From Octopus vulgaris (taxonomy: Eukaryota): a stretch of DNA of 64,000 nt. Positions 41,569-55,418 of this stretch are shown piece after piece. The position numbers and the translations under genes were made by a program. The notes under the pieces were generated by a model, which was given only the letters and a program-made list of their open reading frames with translations, was not told the DNA's origin and did no database searches. Where the stretch lies: NCBI GenBank assembly GCA_951406725.2, contig OX597815.1, forward strand, positions 43,586,001 through 43,650,000, read 5' to 3'. How positions within the stretch are numbered: position 1 is the stretch's first letter; every line of letters begins with the position of its first letter.

Positions 41569-41912
41569 CCATCGAAACACGCTGGAGTTGAACTAAGGAC
41601 AGCTGATGAAGGGGATTTTTCCTTGTGTAGTTGTCTCGTACTCTGTTTTTCGTTGTAAAAAAATGGTCTGTTCCACGCTTGTTTTTCCGTTTTCGTTTCT
41701 CGTTGAGTTCTACGTCTACTTGTGGTGTCCTGTACTCACGTATATATATTTATATATGCATGTATATATACATGTAGATGTAGGTACGTACATATATGTA
41801 TGTATGTATGCATATATTTTATTTATTACACTATTGTATGACTGAGCGCACCCTCGCGTCGATTCGATTCGATTCGTTCGTTTCGTTTCGTTCTTCTTCT
41901 CCAAGTACTGTT

Positions 41913-41973
<61 letters not shown>

Positions 41974-41978
41974 GTACT

Positions 41979-42017
<39 letters not shown>

Positions 42018-43195
42018 GTGTGTGTGTGTATGTGTGTGTACACATATGTGTGTGTGTGTGATGTCTGTCTGTATGTATTTATACATATGTGAGTATGTTT
42101 CCTTTTCCCCTATAAAATATAATTACGTATTCAACACACTTTTCTTATGACTTTACCACTCTTTCTTCCCGATATTTTCCGATTTCTTCTTCGCTCTCTT
42201 TCTGTACGTGGAATTTCCTTCAGTAAATACTATTCGAAACTTACTTCTGCAACCCTAACCGTTTATCAGTAACAACATCACCTCTACCGCCTCTATTTAC
42301 ACAGAAGTAATAGTATATCAACTATCGGTCCAGTCCTGTCAGTCCGACTGCTGCCAAAAGTAAAAACGTGCCAGCATCATCCGTCATTACACCTCTTATC
42401 AGTCAGTTACCACCATCACTACAGTTTGAATCACCTGATGTCAGCTCCTTCCATCCTGCATACCACTCTCTAGTTCACAACATCTATATTCCCTTTCCTT
42501 ATTCTAAACTATTCTACAGCTCCCTTACAGAAAAAGAAAATAATAATAGTAATAATAAGCTCCCATTTTATTATATAAACTCACAATCGTACACACTTAC
42601 ACATATATACTCTGGGGCACACACAGACACATATATATATACAACATACTAACATGTATACACACACATACACACATACGAACACAGGCGCGGTGATATA
42701 TTTTAGTAACTACGATTGTAGCTATTGTAAATATTGATTTGTCCCTTTTGAGGAATTTATTAAGGAATTGAGTCAATAGAATCGACTCCAAATGTTATAG
42801 CAGATTTGGGGCGGGGGATACAAAATTAGAAGGTAATAGAAGTTTTTCAACTCGTATCAGAAACTGCCACGGCTATTTATTCCCACTTTTGAAATTAAAA
42901 TATTGATATTATTTCTCTTGCTTGAAGCCCAATGGAAACATTTTTTAAATATTATTATTTAGCTTCGAAAAACTTTCATTAAAAAGGTTGGACTGATACT
43001 AAGAAAATTCATCGCTTACTGTCAACATAGTTGTACTGGTAGTGATTGTTAAAAAAAAAATAATATTGTAAACAAGAGTAGAACAGTTAATTTTTAAAGA
43101 GGAAGAAATAATCGAGTTATTATATTTTTATTTGGAAAAATAAGAGAACAAAAACGGAAATGGCAATAAAACTAAGATTTGATGCTTATTATTAT

Positions 43196-43850
43196 TAAAG
43201 CGACGATCTGGTAAAATCGTTAACGCGCCGGGCTAAATGCTTAGCGGCATTTCGTTTTTTTTCTTTTCTTTTTTGTTCTGAGTTCAAATTCCGCCGAGGT
43301 CGACTTTGCCCTTCATCATTCCGGGGTCGATAAATTAAGTACCAGTGAAACACTGGGGATCGATGTAATTGACTAGCCCCCTCCCGACCCCTCAAATTTC
43401 AGGCCTTGTGCCTTTAGTAGAAAGTATTATTATTATTAAAGCGACGATATGGTAGAATCGTTACTGCACCGGCCAAAATGTTTAGCGGCATTTCCGTTCG
43501 ACTTTTTGTTCTGAGTTCAAATTCCGTGGAGGTCGACTTTGCTCTTCATTATTTCGGGGTCGCTAAAATAAGTACCAGTTGAACACTGGGTCGATGTAAC
43601 ACACTTACAACCTTCCACGAAACTGCTGGCCTGTGCCAAAATTTGGAGCCAATACATATTATTAAGGAGGCGAGACGCTGAACAAAATAAGCAGTGTTTC
43701 TTCCAACTTTACGTTCTGTGTTTAAATTCAGCTTTGCCTTTCCTCACTTCGGGGTCGATAAAATAAGTACCAGTTGAGTAGTAGGATCGATGCAGTCGAT
43801 TAAACTCCTATCCCAGAATTCCACGCCTTATGCCTATAAATATACAAATG
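43196..43850 (+). mobile_element. Three consecutive family A SINEs
   Basis: Heads at about 43198, 43440 and 43665; the first two are separated by (ATT)n. Confidence 0.85.
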
Positions 43851-43857
43851 CGCAAAT

Positions 43858-44066
43858 GGGCCCGGTTTCCATGGCGTATGTGTTCCCCAGCTGGATGGGA
43901 CGCCAGTCCATCGCAGCGTTACTCATTTTTGCCAGCTGAGTGGACTGGAGCAACGTGAAATGAAGTGTTTTGCTCAAGAACACAACGCATCGCCCGGTCC
44001 AGGAATCGAAACCACAATCTTACGATCATGTTGCTGCCACCCTAACCACTAAGCCACGCGCCCCCA
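43858..44066 (-). mobile_element. SINE with family C head and a different tail
   Basis: GTGGGGGCGCGTGGCTTAGTGGTTAGGG...GGTTTCGATTCCTGG head and GCTCCAGTCCACTCAGCTGGCAAAAATGAGT domain. Confidence 0.8.
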
Positions 44067-45037
44067 CAACCTTATGGCTGTAGTAGAAATAATTAATTTT
44101 GTGGACGAGAGGGCTTTCTTTCAGTGCTCGCTTTTAATTTCATTGTTGCTGAAAATATCATTATCGATGAAACACAACTATAAGAGAAAAATAACGAACT
44201 TAACCAATCTCGTTGTAGAGTGAGTACGCCCTCACACCTGGCGTTCTATTTACTTTGTTTTTGTTTTCTGTTACTACTCTGTCAATATGATCTGAAGAAG
44301 TGGATAGAAGGAAAAAAACAGAGCTCAAGCTGAAAGACAACCTGATGATGTAGGGAAGCTACCCGCTCTTTACAGAGAAATTTGGGTATGTATATGCGAG
44401 CTGATTTATATGTTAGAAGGTATAAAATATTCCCTTAAATTTAAAAATAGATAGAATTAAACCCAATCATTTTAAAATCTTTGAGTTTAAAACACTGACG
44501 AACAGTGAATTATGAGATATTAGATGAGCTAAGTGAGATCCGTCAGAGAGACTAGTAACATCTATTTTGAACAACAAAAACGAATGAGACTATATTAAAT
44601 ATCATACAAGATGAATTCTTAATTTACTGCAACTATCACTGCACCTGAAGAAGATAAAAGTATTTCTTGGTGCCAATTGACGCTAACTTTAAATGAGAAG
44701 ACGAAATAATCTCAAGAATCAAAAACTCCTACAGGTACTTTTTTTCTGAATCCGTACGTTCTGGTCTCAAATTTCGCCGAGGTTCGAATTTGCTTTTCAT
44801 CCTTCTTGGGTCGACAAAATAAATACCAGTTAAGTACTAGAGTCGATGTAATCGACTAGTGCCAACATTTAAAACGTGTATGTTCTGTTCGTTACTTTGA
44901 ATTGCGTATCTTTTCATCATGAAATCCTAAAATAAATAAAGAAAATATATCCGGTAACATTTAGATCGCAAATCTATAATCTCAAGAGTTCGAGAAAGAA
45001 AGAAAGAAAGAAAGAACTCGGACAAGGCATATGAATA

Positions 45038-45425
45038 TATTTATATATAAAAGTGAGGTTGTGTGCTGTCTGTCTCCTCCGATTTAGATTCCTAACTACT
45101 CCCACATTTTGCGGTGCAGTTTAACCAAAACCGGGTATCTTATAGTCGTGATTCATATCGAGCCCTTCTGGGTATTAGCGCACGTCTACGATGAGTCTAC
45201 GATTTAAAAAAAAATTACCATCAATTTTTCCCATTTTTAATGCATTTTTGGCATATATAAGGGAAGTAACTCTCTAAAAATGTATTATTAAATCTCAGAA
45301 CGTAAAAAGCTACAGTAACCCTTGTGGTTAACCATATTGAGATGGCTATTATACTTTACATCTCTAAAAATGCTTATATAGTTATTTCCCTTACAAACCC
45401 GATCAACGCTGGGCGATACTGCTTG
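45038..45425 (+). mobile_element. Non-autonomous Helitron, second copy
   Basis: Colinear with 35163-35462 plus about 85 extra bp; termini decayed (TA..., CTTG). Confidence 0.85.
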
Positions 45426-46349
45426 TTACACATATTAAAGCTTGATTTATCTTCCTTCTTCATTAATAACACTACAGTCTACAGACATAAACATAGATAT
45501 GAAACGACGCGCATATATACAGAGGCAAAACAATACATTAACACGCTTGTACACAAGTGGTGTGTGCTTATATTTGCGTGATATTAGTGTGAGGCCTGAC
45601 AAAGTTGCTGCTTTTGTAATTACATACTTGAATAGTTGAACTAATTAAAATTCCCAGAGGACTTCAAACACGTTTGGTCTCCTGGTTCTAACAAACTGTA
45701 AGCAGAGTGCTGTTTTTATCATCATTATTATTACTTCTTTTTTTTTTGTATTCTGTTTCGAGTTTGCATGTGTATTGTAAGTTGCATTGGAATATTAATA
45801 TGCTTATGACTTAGGGGATTTATTTTTATTACGGTTTTGTGTCTTCCCAGTTAGTTTATATATCAACAGTTATGCACCTCCATGAGCATGGAGCTGTGCA
45901 AATTTTCAACCCGATATATTTGACTGGATATATGAGAATACCTCTGTCAGCACTTTTCAAAGTATTCGAGTAAATAACTATTCGTAGTATATGCTTATTG
46001 CTATCAAACGTACAACTTCGTTTGTGCATCTACATATTCTTATCTGCTGATGGATAACTAACTATAAATAAAAATATGCAGTCACTTTGCCTGAGCTTCA
46101 GTGATTAGAAGCTAACGCGTGTCTAAGTATGCGCGTATTTTAGTGAAGCAGGTTATATTATTATTACAATTCCTAAGTACAGATTATTTTCGAGATAGCT
46201 TTCTTCGTATATGTTTGAATTAAAGTGAGCGTACTTTATATATTTGTGACAACGTAAGTTTCCAAATAAAAGGGCTTTCTCAAATCTGAAGGACGTCAAA
46301 TATTAACTTTTCTACCACATTATGTTATCGTTACTACTCATTGTTATAA

Positions 46350-46920
46350 GGCAGCGAGCTGGCAGAATCGTTTGCGCGCCGGGCGAAATACTTGGCGATA
46401 TTTCATCTGTCTTCGTGTTCTGAGTTCAAATTCCGCCGAGGTCGAATTTGCCTTTTATCCTTTCGGGGTCGATAAAATAAGTACCAGTTACGCACTGGGG
46501 TCGATATAATCGGCTTAATCCCTTTGTTTGTCCCCTCTGTGTTTAGTCCCTTGTGGGTAGTAAAGAAATAAGTATTTCGTCTGCCGTTACGTTCTGAGTT
46601 CAAATTCCGCCGAGGTCGACTTTGCCTTTTATCCTTTCGGGGTCGATTAAATAAGTACCAGTTACGCACTGGGGTCTATATAATCGGCTTAATCCGTTTG
46701 TCTGTCCTTGTTTGTCCCCTTTGTGTTTAGTCCCTTGTGGGTAGTAAAGAAATAGGTATTTTGTCTGCCGTTACGTTCTGAGTTCAAATTCCGCCGAGGT
46801 CAACTTTGCCTTTCATCCTTTCGGGGTCGACAATTTCAGAACCAATCAAGTACTGGGATCGATGTAATCGACCATCCCCATCCCCACAAATTCCAGGCCT
46901 TGTGTCTATAGTAGAATGGA
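46350..46920 (+). mobile_element. Head-to-tail family A SINE trimer
   Basis: Units re-enter at GTATTT(C/T)GTCTG at 46572 and 46756 (184-bp period). Confidence 0.92.
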
Positions 46921-47519
46921 TTATTACTCATTGTTTTTGACCTTAGTAAAGTCGACACAAGAATATGAGCTGGGAACTGAGAGGAATGAAACTAAAACCT
47001 GTAATGTATTTATTTGTAATCTTAACTTAGGCAGAGCAGCTTAGTTAAATTACCGTTTAGCAGACAGATAAAAGTATCATATTTGGCAAGAGATCCCTTG
47101 GGGCCTATTAAAGAATATAAGCCTAAGAGCCCTCTGATAGTTTTCGAATAAATATCTATATTTTAAAAAATACTTTGAAAAATTATGAAGAAAAAAATAA
47201 AAAGTATTAACGAAATTCATACCATACATGCTTTACATCAGTAAAAAAGACTATTGAGTTTTAGGAGTCATACAAAGCCGCTGAAATTGTTCGCATCATC
47301 TACTGCAGTCATTTATATTATTCTTTACCTTTTACTTTTTACATCTTTCAGTCATTGGACTGTCATTCTTCTGTCATTCTTTTTAGACAAAGAAATCGAT
47401 CTCAGTACTTATATTTCTTGAAAATTTGTTACTTATTCTCGCGGTCTTTTATGCCAAAACATTAAGTTGCGGGAATGTAGGGAAACCAACACTAGTGGTC
47501 AAGTCGTGGAGGGACACAC

Positions 47520-47765
47520 ACAAACACTAAGATAAACGCACACACACACACATATATATATATATATACGCATACGCACATCTACACTCACACACATACA
47601 CACACGCACGGGCATACGCACAGACACACACATACATACACGCGCGCGACAGTCTACCAAATTCACTCACAAGGTATACGTCGTCCAAGGTATGACGCAG
47701 TGGAACTGAACCTGAAACCACGAGGTTCCAAATCGAACTTCATAATCACACAGCTATGTCTGCGC
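47520..47765 (-). mobile_element. Degraded family B SINE
   Basis: AAATTCACTCACAAGG and GGAACTGAACCTGAAACC segments. Confidence 0.7.
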
Positions 47766-47984
47766 CTGATATAACATATTTATATATTGTTTATGCCGTT
47801 TGACCCAGATAAACACATGATTGATCAGACCTGTCTATGACAAGGATAACGTGAAATACTACGAATCCATTGTTCCAGATATTCCCCACATCCTCCAAGA
47901 AATGATTAATTCCATGGGGCATTGATGATGTCAGTAGATTCAAATGGACAGAATTGGTCAACAATATTTTTATCAAATTGAAAA

Positions 47985-48185
47985 GGCAGCGAGCTGGCAA
48001 AATCGTTAAACACGCCGAGCAAATATCTTCGCGGTATTCTGCCCATATTTACGTTCAAATTCCGTCAGGGTCGATTTTGCTTTTTATCCTTCCGGTGTTG
48101 ATAAAAGTACCAGTTGAGCACTGGGGTCTATGTAATCGACTTAACCCCTCCCATAAAACTTACTGGCCTTGTGCCAAAATTTAAA
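47985..48185 (+). mobile_element. SINE family A
   Basis: AAGGCAGCGAGCTGGCAAAATCG head; GGCCTTGTGCCAAAATTT tail. Confidence 0.85.
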
Positions 48186-48331
48186 ACCTGTTTTTTAACA
48201 AATGAGATTATTGACGTTCTGCTATTTGTGTGTGTGCATATGTTTTCCGTATATTTGTTGGGATAGTTGTGAAAACAAATGATGCTTGGACGGTCTTTTA
48301 GCATGAAGTTTTGTAGGATGTAGCTCTAATG

Positions 48332-48960
48332 CAAGGGATCTCAACCATTTTTTTTATATATAGACCCCTTTTGTTTACGATTTTATTCTGGTGGATCTTC
48401 ATGACACATTTTATAATGTAGTACTAGTTATATTATATCTAAAAGAAATGAAAGGGGCTCGAAAGATCATAAGATAGCCATAAATCTACTCGATCAAGAA
48501 TGACTAATAGCCAAGGATAGATCATGAAGGATAACTAAAAGCAAGGGACGGATTAAGATCACTGCAGAAAGAAGATTGACTCGATGCAACGGATGAGCTA
48601 ATGGGAGAGACTAAAACAGGGATTCTCAACCATTTTTTAAATCTATTTTTGATCGCTATTTTGGCCATTTGATGTCTAGAATCTAGTTTTATAGAAACTT
48701 CTTTCAAAATATCTGTTTTGTTTTTCACACATTAACCTGTGTAGGTTGAGCAATGTAAAATGTTAGAGAAGAGAATCTAATTGTTTCTTGAAATACATAC
48801 CAAGCATCTATCTAAAGCAAAATGTTTTCAGGATTAGGGTTAGGGTAGGTTAGGGCTAAAATACTTTCGTGGAACTCAAATTTAATATTTTGTTTCTTGG
48901 ATCTTCAAAAATCATATAGGGACCCTCAGGGGTCATATGGACTCCAGTTAAGAACCTCTG
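48332..48960. mobile_element. Composite hAT-type MITE with two like-oriented ends
   Basis: CAAGGGATCTCAACC at 48332, CAGGGATTCTCAACC at 48617, opposite end GTTAAGAACCTCTG at 48960. Confidence 0.75.
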
Positions 48961-49904
48961 ATTTAAACAAATGCGTTGAGTAACAATGTCTGTGGTAGCG
49001 AGCAATCTGAGGATTGCAATTTGCTAAGGTCACAAACAACATTATGCTTATTATTTTAAGTAATTTTTATTACATTACGTGTGTGATTTGTGAGCTGCGG
49101 GTAGTAGGTGTTGATACTAAGCGTGCAGTTTGTGTCCTTTGTAGCCTAGTGTGGTTCCATGTAGAGATTTAGTACCCCACGGGAATATCATAATCTATGA
49201 TGAATAGTTGTGTATTCACTTAGATTGTAATTTCTTTGTATGGGCCAAATGTGGTTTCTTTGGGTTGTTCATGTACATTCACACATCACTTTACTTTCTT
49301 TACAATGTTTTTTCAGTGTTCTGTAAATGTTCTGTATAATTCTTATGTTCGCCTTCTGTGTTGTGTCATGCTTATGCGGTTGAGTGTGATGTTAGTTGTA
49401 TTTGATGTTCTTTGCAGTAGAAAGAAAGAAGACGGGGATTTTGGGTAGATGCCACTGCTAGTCTAATTGTTTGGAGCCAGATATCTAAGTAATTGATGTA
49501 CAGTTGGAGTAATTGTGCAGCTGATGAATTACTATATCAGATGTCTGCAAATTGACGAGAGGAAGTAACAGTGAGGTTATCTGCATGACACTGCGTACAT
49601 GTTTTATGAATGAATGAGTAGCGGTGGGGTTATAAGTTATTAAGAGTGTGTGAAGAAGGATTCATGTAATGCAAAGTTTAAACTCACCAGTAAACTTTCT
49701 TCTGGTAATTCATTCTGTTATAATCAGTAGTCACACCACAGAGTACCTCTAAAATAAAAAAAGACACTTTTGTATTTATTTTTCACTAAATACAAAATAA
49801 CACAAATGTATGCTCTTTTATAATTGCAATGTTGTAAAGCGCTGTGGACTGGCGCAATCGGTAGTGCAGTGGATACTCTATCAAAGCATTATTAGTTCTT
49901 TTCA

Positions 49905-50115
49905 AGGCGGCGAGCTGGCAGAGTCGTTAGCACGCTGAGCTAAATGCTTCGCAGTATTTCGACCGTCTTCACATTCTGAGTTCAAATTCCGCCAAAGTCG
50001 ACTTTGTCTTTCATCATTCCGAGGTCGATAAAATAAGTACCAGTTAAACACTGGGGTCGATGTAATCGACGCATTCCCTAGCCTAAAATTGTTGCCCTTG
50101 TGGCAAAATTTGAAA
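49905..50115 (+). mobile_element. SINE family A
   Basis: AAGGCGGCGAGCTGGCAGAG head, body and tail. Confidence 0.9.
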
Positions 50116-50384
50116 CCATTATTAGTTCTCTTTACTTCTGATTTTCAACTCCTCTGAAAACGATTTATACTTACGTCTTTCGATAGTTGAATTTTTGATA
50201 TTGTACTTCATTTAGGAATCTTCTTGCCAATTTCTGGTCATTCCATGTTTTTAAAATATATAAACGTATTTAATGATTAACTTTATATTTATTATAAGCA
50301 TTTTGGTTCAAATTTTTTCATAAATTCATCCAATCTTCGTTCATATTTTCTTGTAATATTTATTTATATAGATATTGCAGGAAG

Positions 50385-50540
50385 TTTCCACATGGTTTCA
50401 GGTTCAGTTCCACAGCGTGACACCTTGAGCAAGTGTCTTTTACTATAGCCTCGGACCGACCAAAAGACTTGTGAATAAATTTGATAGATGAAAACTGAAA
50501 GAAGCCTATCATATAGGTATGTGTATGTATGCGTTTGTGT

Positions 50541-50592
<52 letters not shown>

Positions 50593-50860
50593 GTGTGTGT
50601 ATGTGTGTGTGTGTGTATGTGTGTGTGTGTGTGTGTGCCTTTGTGTCCATGTATGTCCCCCACCACCGCTTGACAACCAGTGCTGGTGTGTTCACGTCCC
50701 CATAACATAGCAGTTCGGCAAAAATGGCCGATAGAATAAGTATCAGGCTTAATAAATAAATACTGGGGTGGAGTCGTTTGACAAAAAAATTCTCCAAGGC
50801 GGTGTCCCAGTATGGCCACAGTGTAATGACTGAAGCGAGTAACAGATAAAGATAAAAGAT
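50385..50860 (+). mobile_element. SINE family B
   Basis: GGTTCAGTTCC B box, ACCTTGAGCAAGTGTCTT, internal (TG)n, 3' part. Confidence 0.85.
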
Positions 50861-52111
50861 AGTTAATTACCTTGCCCAAAGAAAATATTGTACATGATCC
50901 TAAAAGTGTGTTATTGATGCGCCAAAGGTGACTCGGTATCTAATCATTCTACTCGAAGACTATAGATATATTGATATAAATCTAGGAAATTTCTCCAGAA
51001 ATATTATGATTTACATGAATAATGCTTATAAACAGTTCCTCTAACACTACACAAGTGAGAGATAAATCTGGATTATATCGCAGCTAAACGTTTTAGTATA
51101 GTAATTGTCATTAGCACTGAAACTTCTAAATAATGCCTTTATTAAATTTATAGCAATATCCTTAATTACTGCAGAACAATGCCATCGTGCTTATTATTGT
51201 TATCTACGACAGGAATCATTATCAGAAATAAAATCTGTATACACCTTCATATAGAGATTGGTATCTCTAACGAGTTGAAGAGACTCCTGGTGTGTCCAGA
51301 TATACGTACATCCGGCTATCCGTACTTGTTTTCGTTGCTATACTTACTGTATGTTGATTTTAATACAATGAAATTACTATTCTCCCTGAGACCACGAATA
51401 TCTTTATCAGTAATCGACAGATAATATAATGAAGTGATCGTACTGATGCTCGTATATATGTGTGTTAAACTATATCTGTAACTTTATATATGTGTCTCAA
51501 TTCATTTATAGATATGTGTGCTTATATTAATATATATGTATATATATAGAGAGAGACTTCTAGCATAATGGATGTCCACTTAGTGGTTATCCCCCTTGTA
51601 TGTATGTAATATATAGAGAGATAGATAGATAGGCGCACTGATGTGTGTGTGTTTGTGTAGCTTTGTGTTGGTAGGGTTGTTGTTGGTATTGACTCATTTA
51701 CGTCCCGGTAACTAAGTGATTCGGCAAAAATATACTTATATAATAATTACTAGGTTTAGAAAAAAAAATAGTGAGGTCGATTTGTTCGACTAAATCTTTC
51801 GAGGTGAGGTCCCAGCAGAGACGCAATCTATTGACTGAAAGAAGTAAACTACGAATGAAGATAAAGATCTGCAAGAGTCTACGACATGGCAGACCATAGG
51901 CAGGCAATCAACACGGTACATAACAACACGAATCAGCGATAAGATCTGAAGGCCTGTAAAAACCCCTTAAAGATTAAACAAGGAAAAGTGTGCTACTGAC
52001 GTCAGCACTTGGCTGGAATATTATGCAATGAAGCAAATAGGGTTAGAAATCCTATCATATATATATATACATGCATACATACATACATACATACATACAT
52101 ACAAACATACA

Positions 52112-52169
<58 letters not shown>

Positions 52170-52391
52170 GTATGTATGTATATATATTTGTATGTATGTA
52201 TATATATATATATGTATGTATATATACATATGTATTATATATATGTATGTATATATGAATGTATACACCCACGCAGGCATGGATATGCGTGTGCCCATTT
52301 CTCTTTGTACTTACACATGCATATATATGTATATATGTATATATATACATATGTATGTATATATGTGTATATATGTATATACATATGTATA

Positions 52392-52448
<57 letters not shown>

Positions 52449-52896
52449 CATTCAAACATACTTTACAAAGATAAATAAAACAGACACAAAAATAATAATC
52501 ACGCACATGCTCACAAACACACATACACACACACACACACACAGAGTCTAGTATAAACATATGCATACATACACCTATGCACTAAAATAATCAGCTATAA
52601 GCTTCAACAGGAAATACCAACACTGTACAAAGCATTAGGCCATTTCTTTATTTTTCCTGTTTATATTCTTTGCCTTTTTTCTTTACAACTCGTGTTTGCT
52701 TTCATTCTTACAGATTTCCCGTTCTTTTCTTTGTCAAGAAATTATAAACCTCAAAAGCTTGGAAATGATGTAATTAATTTAGGTTCATGCCGCTCACGAA
52801 CGATGATTGCTTGTATTCCATAGATAACAAGTGAACTTCAAAAGTCGAGGCTTCTACAGAGAGACCTACGAATATAATATACACACATAGATATAT

Positions 52897-52937
<41 letters not shown>

Positions 52938-52938
<1 letters not shown>

Positions 52939-53245
52939 TGAAGGCACGCGGCTTGATGGTTAACGACCGGTTGTGAGTTCGATTCCTAAAGGCTTGTTGT
53001 GTCCTTGAGCAAGACACTTTATTTCACGTTACTCCAGTATACCCAGTTGGCGAAAATGAGTTGTACCTGTAATTCAAAGAGCCCGACCTTATCAAAGTCT
53101 GTGTTACGCTCAATATCTCAGAGAACTACATTAAGGGTACATGTGTCTGTGGAATGCTCGGCCACTTGCACCTTAATTTCACGAGCAGATTATTCAGTTG
53201 ATCGGATCAACTGGAACTCTCGTCGTTCTAACCGACATAGTGCCA
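52938..53245 (+). mobile_element. SINE family C variant
   Basis: GTGAAGGCACGCGGC head, GTGTCCTTGAGCAAGACACTT CORE/V-like domain, shared C tail. Confidence 0.85.
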
Positions 53246-53264
53246 GTTAGTTATGTGTGTGTGA

Positions 53265-53300
<36 letters not shown>

Positions 53301-53352
53301 TCACACACAGACACACACATATATACATTCACACACACATAACGATATACAC

Positions 53353-53473
<121 letters not shown>

Positions 53474-54559
53474 GAACCTTTTAACTATACAAGTAAATAA
53501 AATAAGCGAAAAAATAACTAGGAAAGCTTCTAACAATGCCGAGAGAGAAGTTCAAAAACTTTATAGATTTCAGGCACAAAGGCCCATCTTCAGAAGGATA
53601 CAGTTAAAGAAATGTGTATCTACGTTGATACTGCCATTTGGATAGCCGAATGGGCCGTATCCCGTTTAAGTCCAATGCCATACTGGGGCACACTGTGGTA
53701 GCCTTCTAAATGATGCTACATGTGTGTGTGTGTACATATATATTTGTGTGAAGATGTACCAAATAGTCCCAAATGTCCACAGAGTAGCTACTCTATTCGT
53801 CTACCACTCTCAAAATATGCTTGTTTAAATAACGGTCCCCGCTTCTATTTAGAGACAAGTTACAAAGATAATGTCAATTAACTGTGCTATTGTTTTTGTT
53901 TTTATAACTATTATTGTTGTTTGGCACAAGGTCAGACCTCATAGAGCAGCTCTGTCATCAAATCCTTATAGCGTGATCATCCTGGATCGTTAGGCAGTTT
54001 GAAACAAACTGCCTATATTATTCAATATATCCTTCCTCCTTTTACAGAGAGTAAAATATAATTTTGGATAGATTTGGTAACTATTTCTTGTAGATCGAGT
54101 AACTAAATGAAAGCCCCCTCATTGGCTTGTTTGGATGTTGATTATAAAGCTTTGTAAATTGGTTTATTAATAGGCTTGTGGCATGATTAATAACATACAT
54201 AAACTTCTTAGATTGCTGTAGGAAAAGTGCATGCATGTTCGCAACATGAAGCTTGACCAACAGCTCACTCTGTTTGGGTTGAGAAAAAACACATCTACTG
54301 ATGGCATCTTTGACTTGCTAATATTATTAGTAAAATTTGTATATATATATATAAAAGCAAAGTGTCAGAAACCACTCTCAGCTTTAAACGTTTTAGATAC
54401 TTTGTGCTCGACAGATATGTAATTAAAAAAAAAAAGATCATTCAATGAAAGCAAGCAAGAGGAATTTTATAAGAAGCAGAGGATGTACAATGAGTCTGTA
54501 AATGCGTGGTAGTCCTCTAGTGTTACTTCTTGTAGAACTGCATTAAGATTTTATGAGTG

Positions 54560-54965
54560 GATGTGTGGTAAGTAGCTTGCTTACCAACCACATGGTTTCG
54601 GATTCAGTCCCACTGTGCGGCACCTTGGGCAAGTGTCTTCTACTATAGCCTCGGACCGACCAAAGCCTTGTAAGTGGATTTGGCAGACGGAAACTGAAAG
54701 AAGCCCGTCGTATATATGTATATATATGTATATGTATGTGTGTGTATATGTTTGTGTGTCTGTGTTTGTCCCCCTCACCATCGCTTGACAACCGATGCTG
54801 GTGTGTTTAAGTCACCGTAACTTAGCGGTTTGGCGAAAGAGACCATTAGAATAAGTACTAGACTTACAAAGAATAAGTCTTGGGGTCGATTTGCTCGACT
54901 AAAAGGTGGTGCTCCAGCATGGCCACAGTCAAATGACTGAAACAAGTAAAAGGGTAAAAGAGAGA
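54560..54965 (+). mobile_element. SINE family B
   Basis: Near-consensus copy ending AAGTAAAAGGGTAAAAG. Confidence 0.92.
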
Positions 54966-55418
54966 CAGATTGATGAGTGAACGTGTAGTAGTGTATAGTC
55001 TATTTTATTCTATTCTATTTATTTATTTTTATTCCTTCTTTTCTCTCTCTTCTCTTTCCTTGTTTTTTATTTATTTATTATTATTATCATTTATTATTTA
55101 TTTATTTATTGTTGCTTTCTCTTTTTCTTTCTTTTTTTTTAAAAAAAAGAAGGTCCTGTTCTCTATTTGTTTTATACTAGACTTCACGGTCCTCTGGCCG
55201 TGCTGTCTTAAATTATAACAGGGAAAACCGGAAAAAAAAGTTAATTAAAAAAACAACATACTTCGCCTGCAGACACGTCACTTATTTATCCGTTGTTTAT
55301 AGTATCAGATATTTTAAAATCAGTCACCTTTCGTGCTTTCATGAAATTTCCAATGTAAATACAGTTTCAAGCAAATTACGCTTCTTACTTGTTATTGATT
55401 GTTTTATATTGTCTGGAA

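Noticed and set aside
44335-44395. CTGATGA...GAAA...GGTA
   Set aside because: Stem II is not adjacent to GAAA and stem I is out of register.
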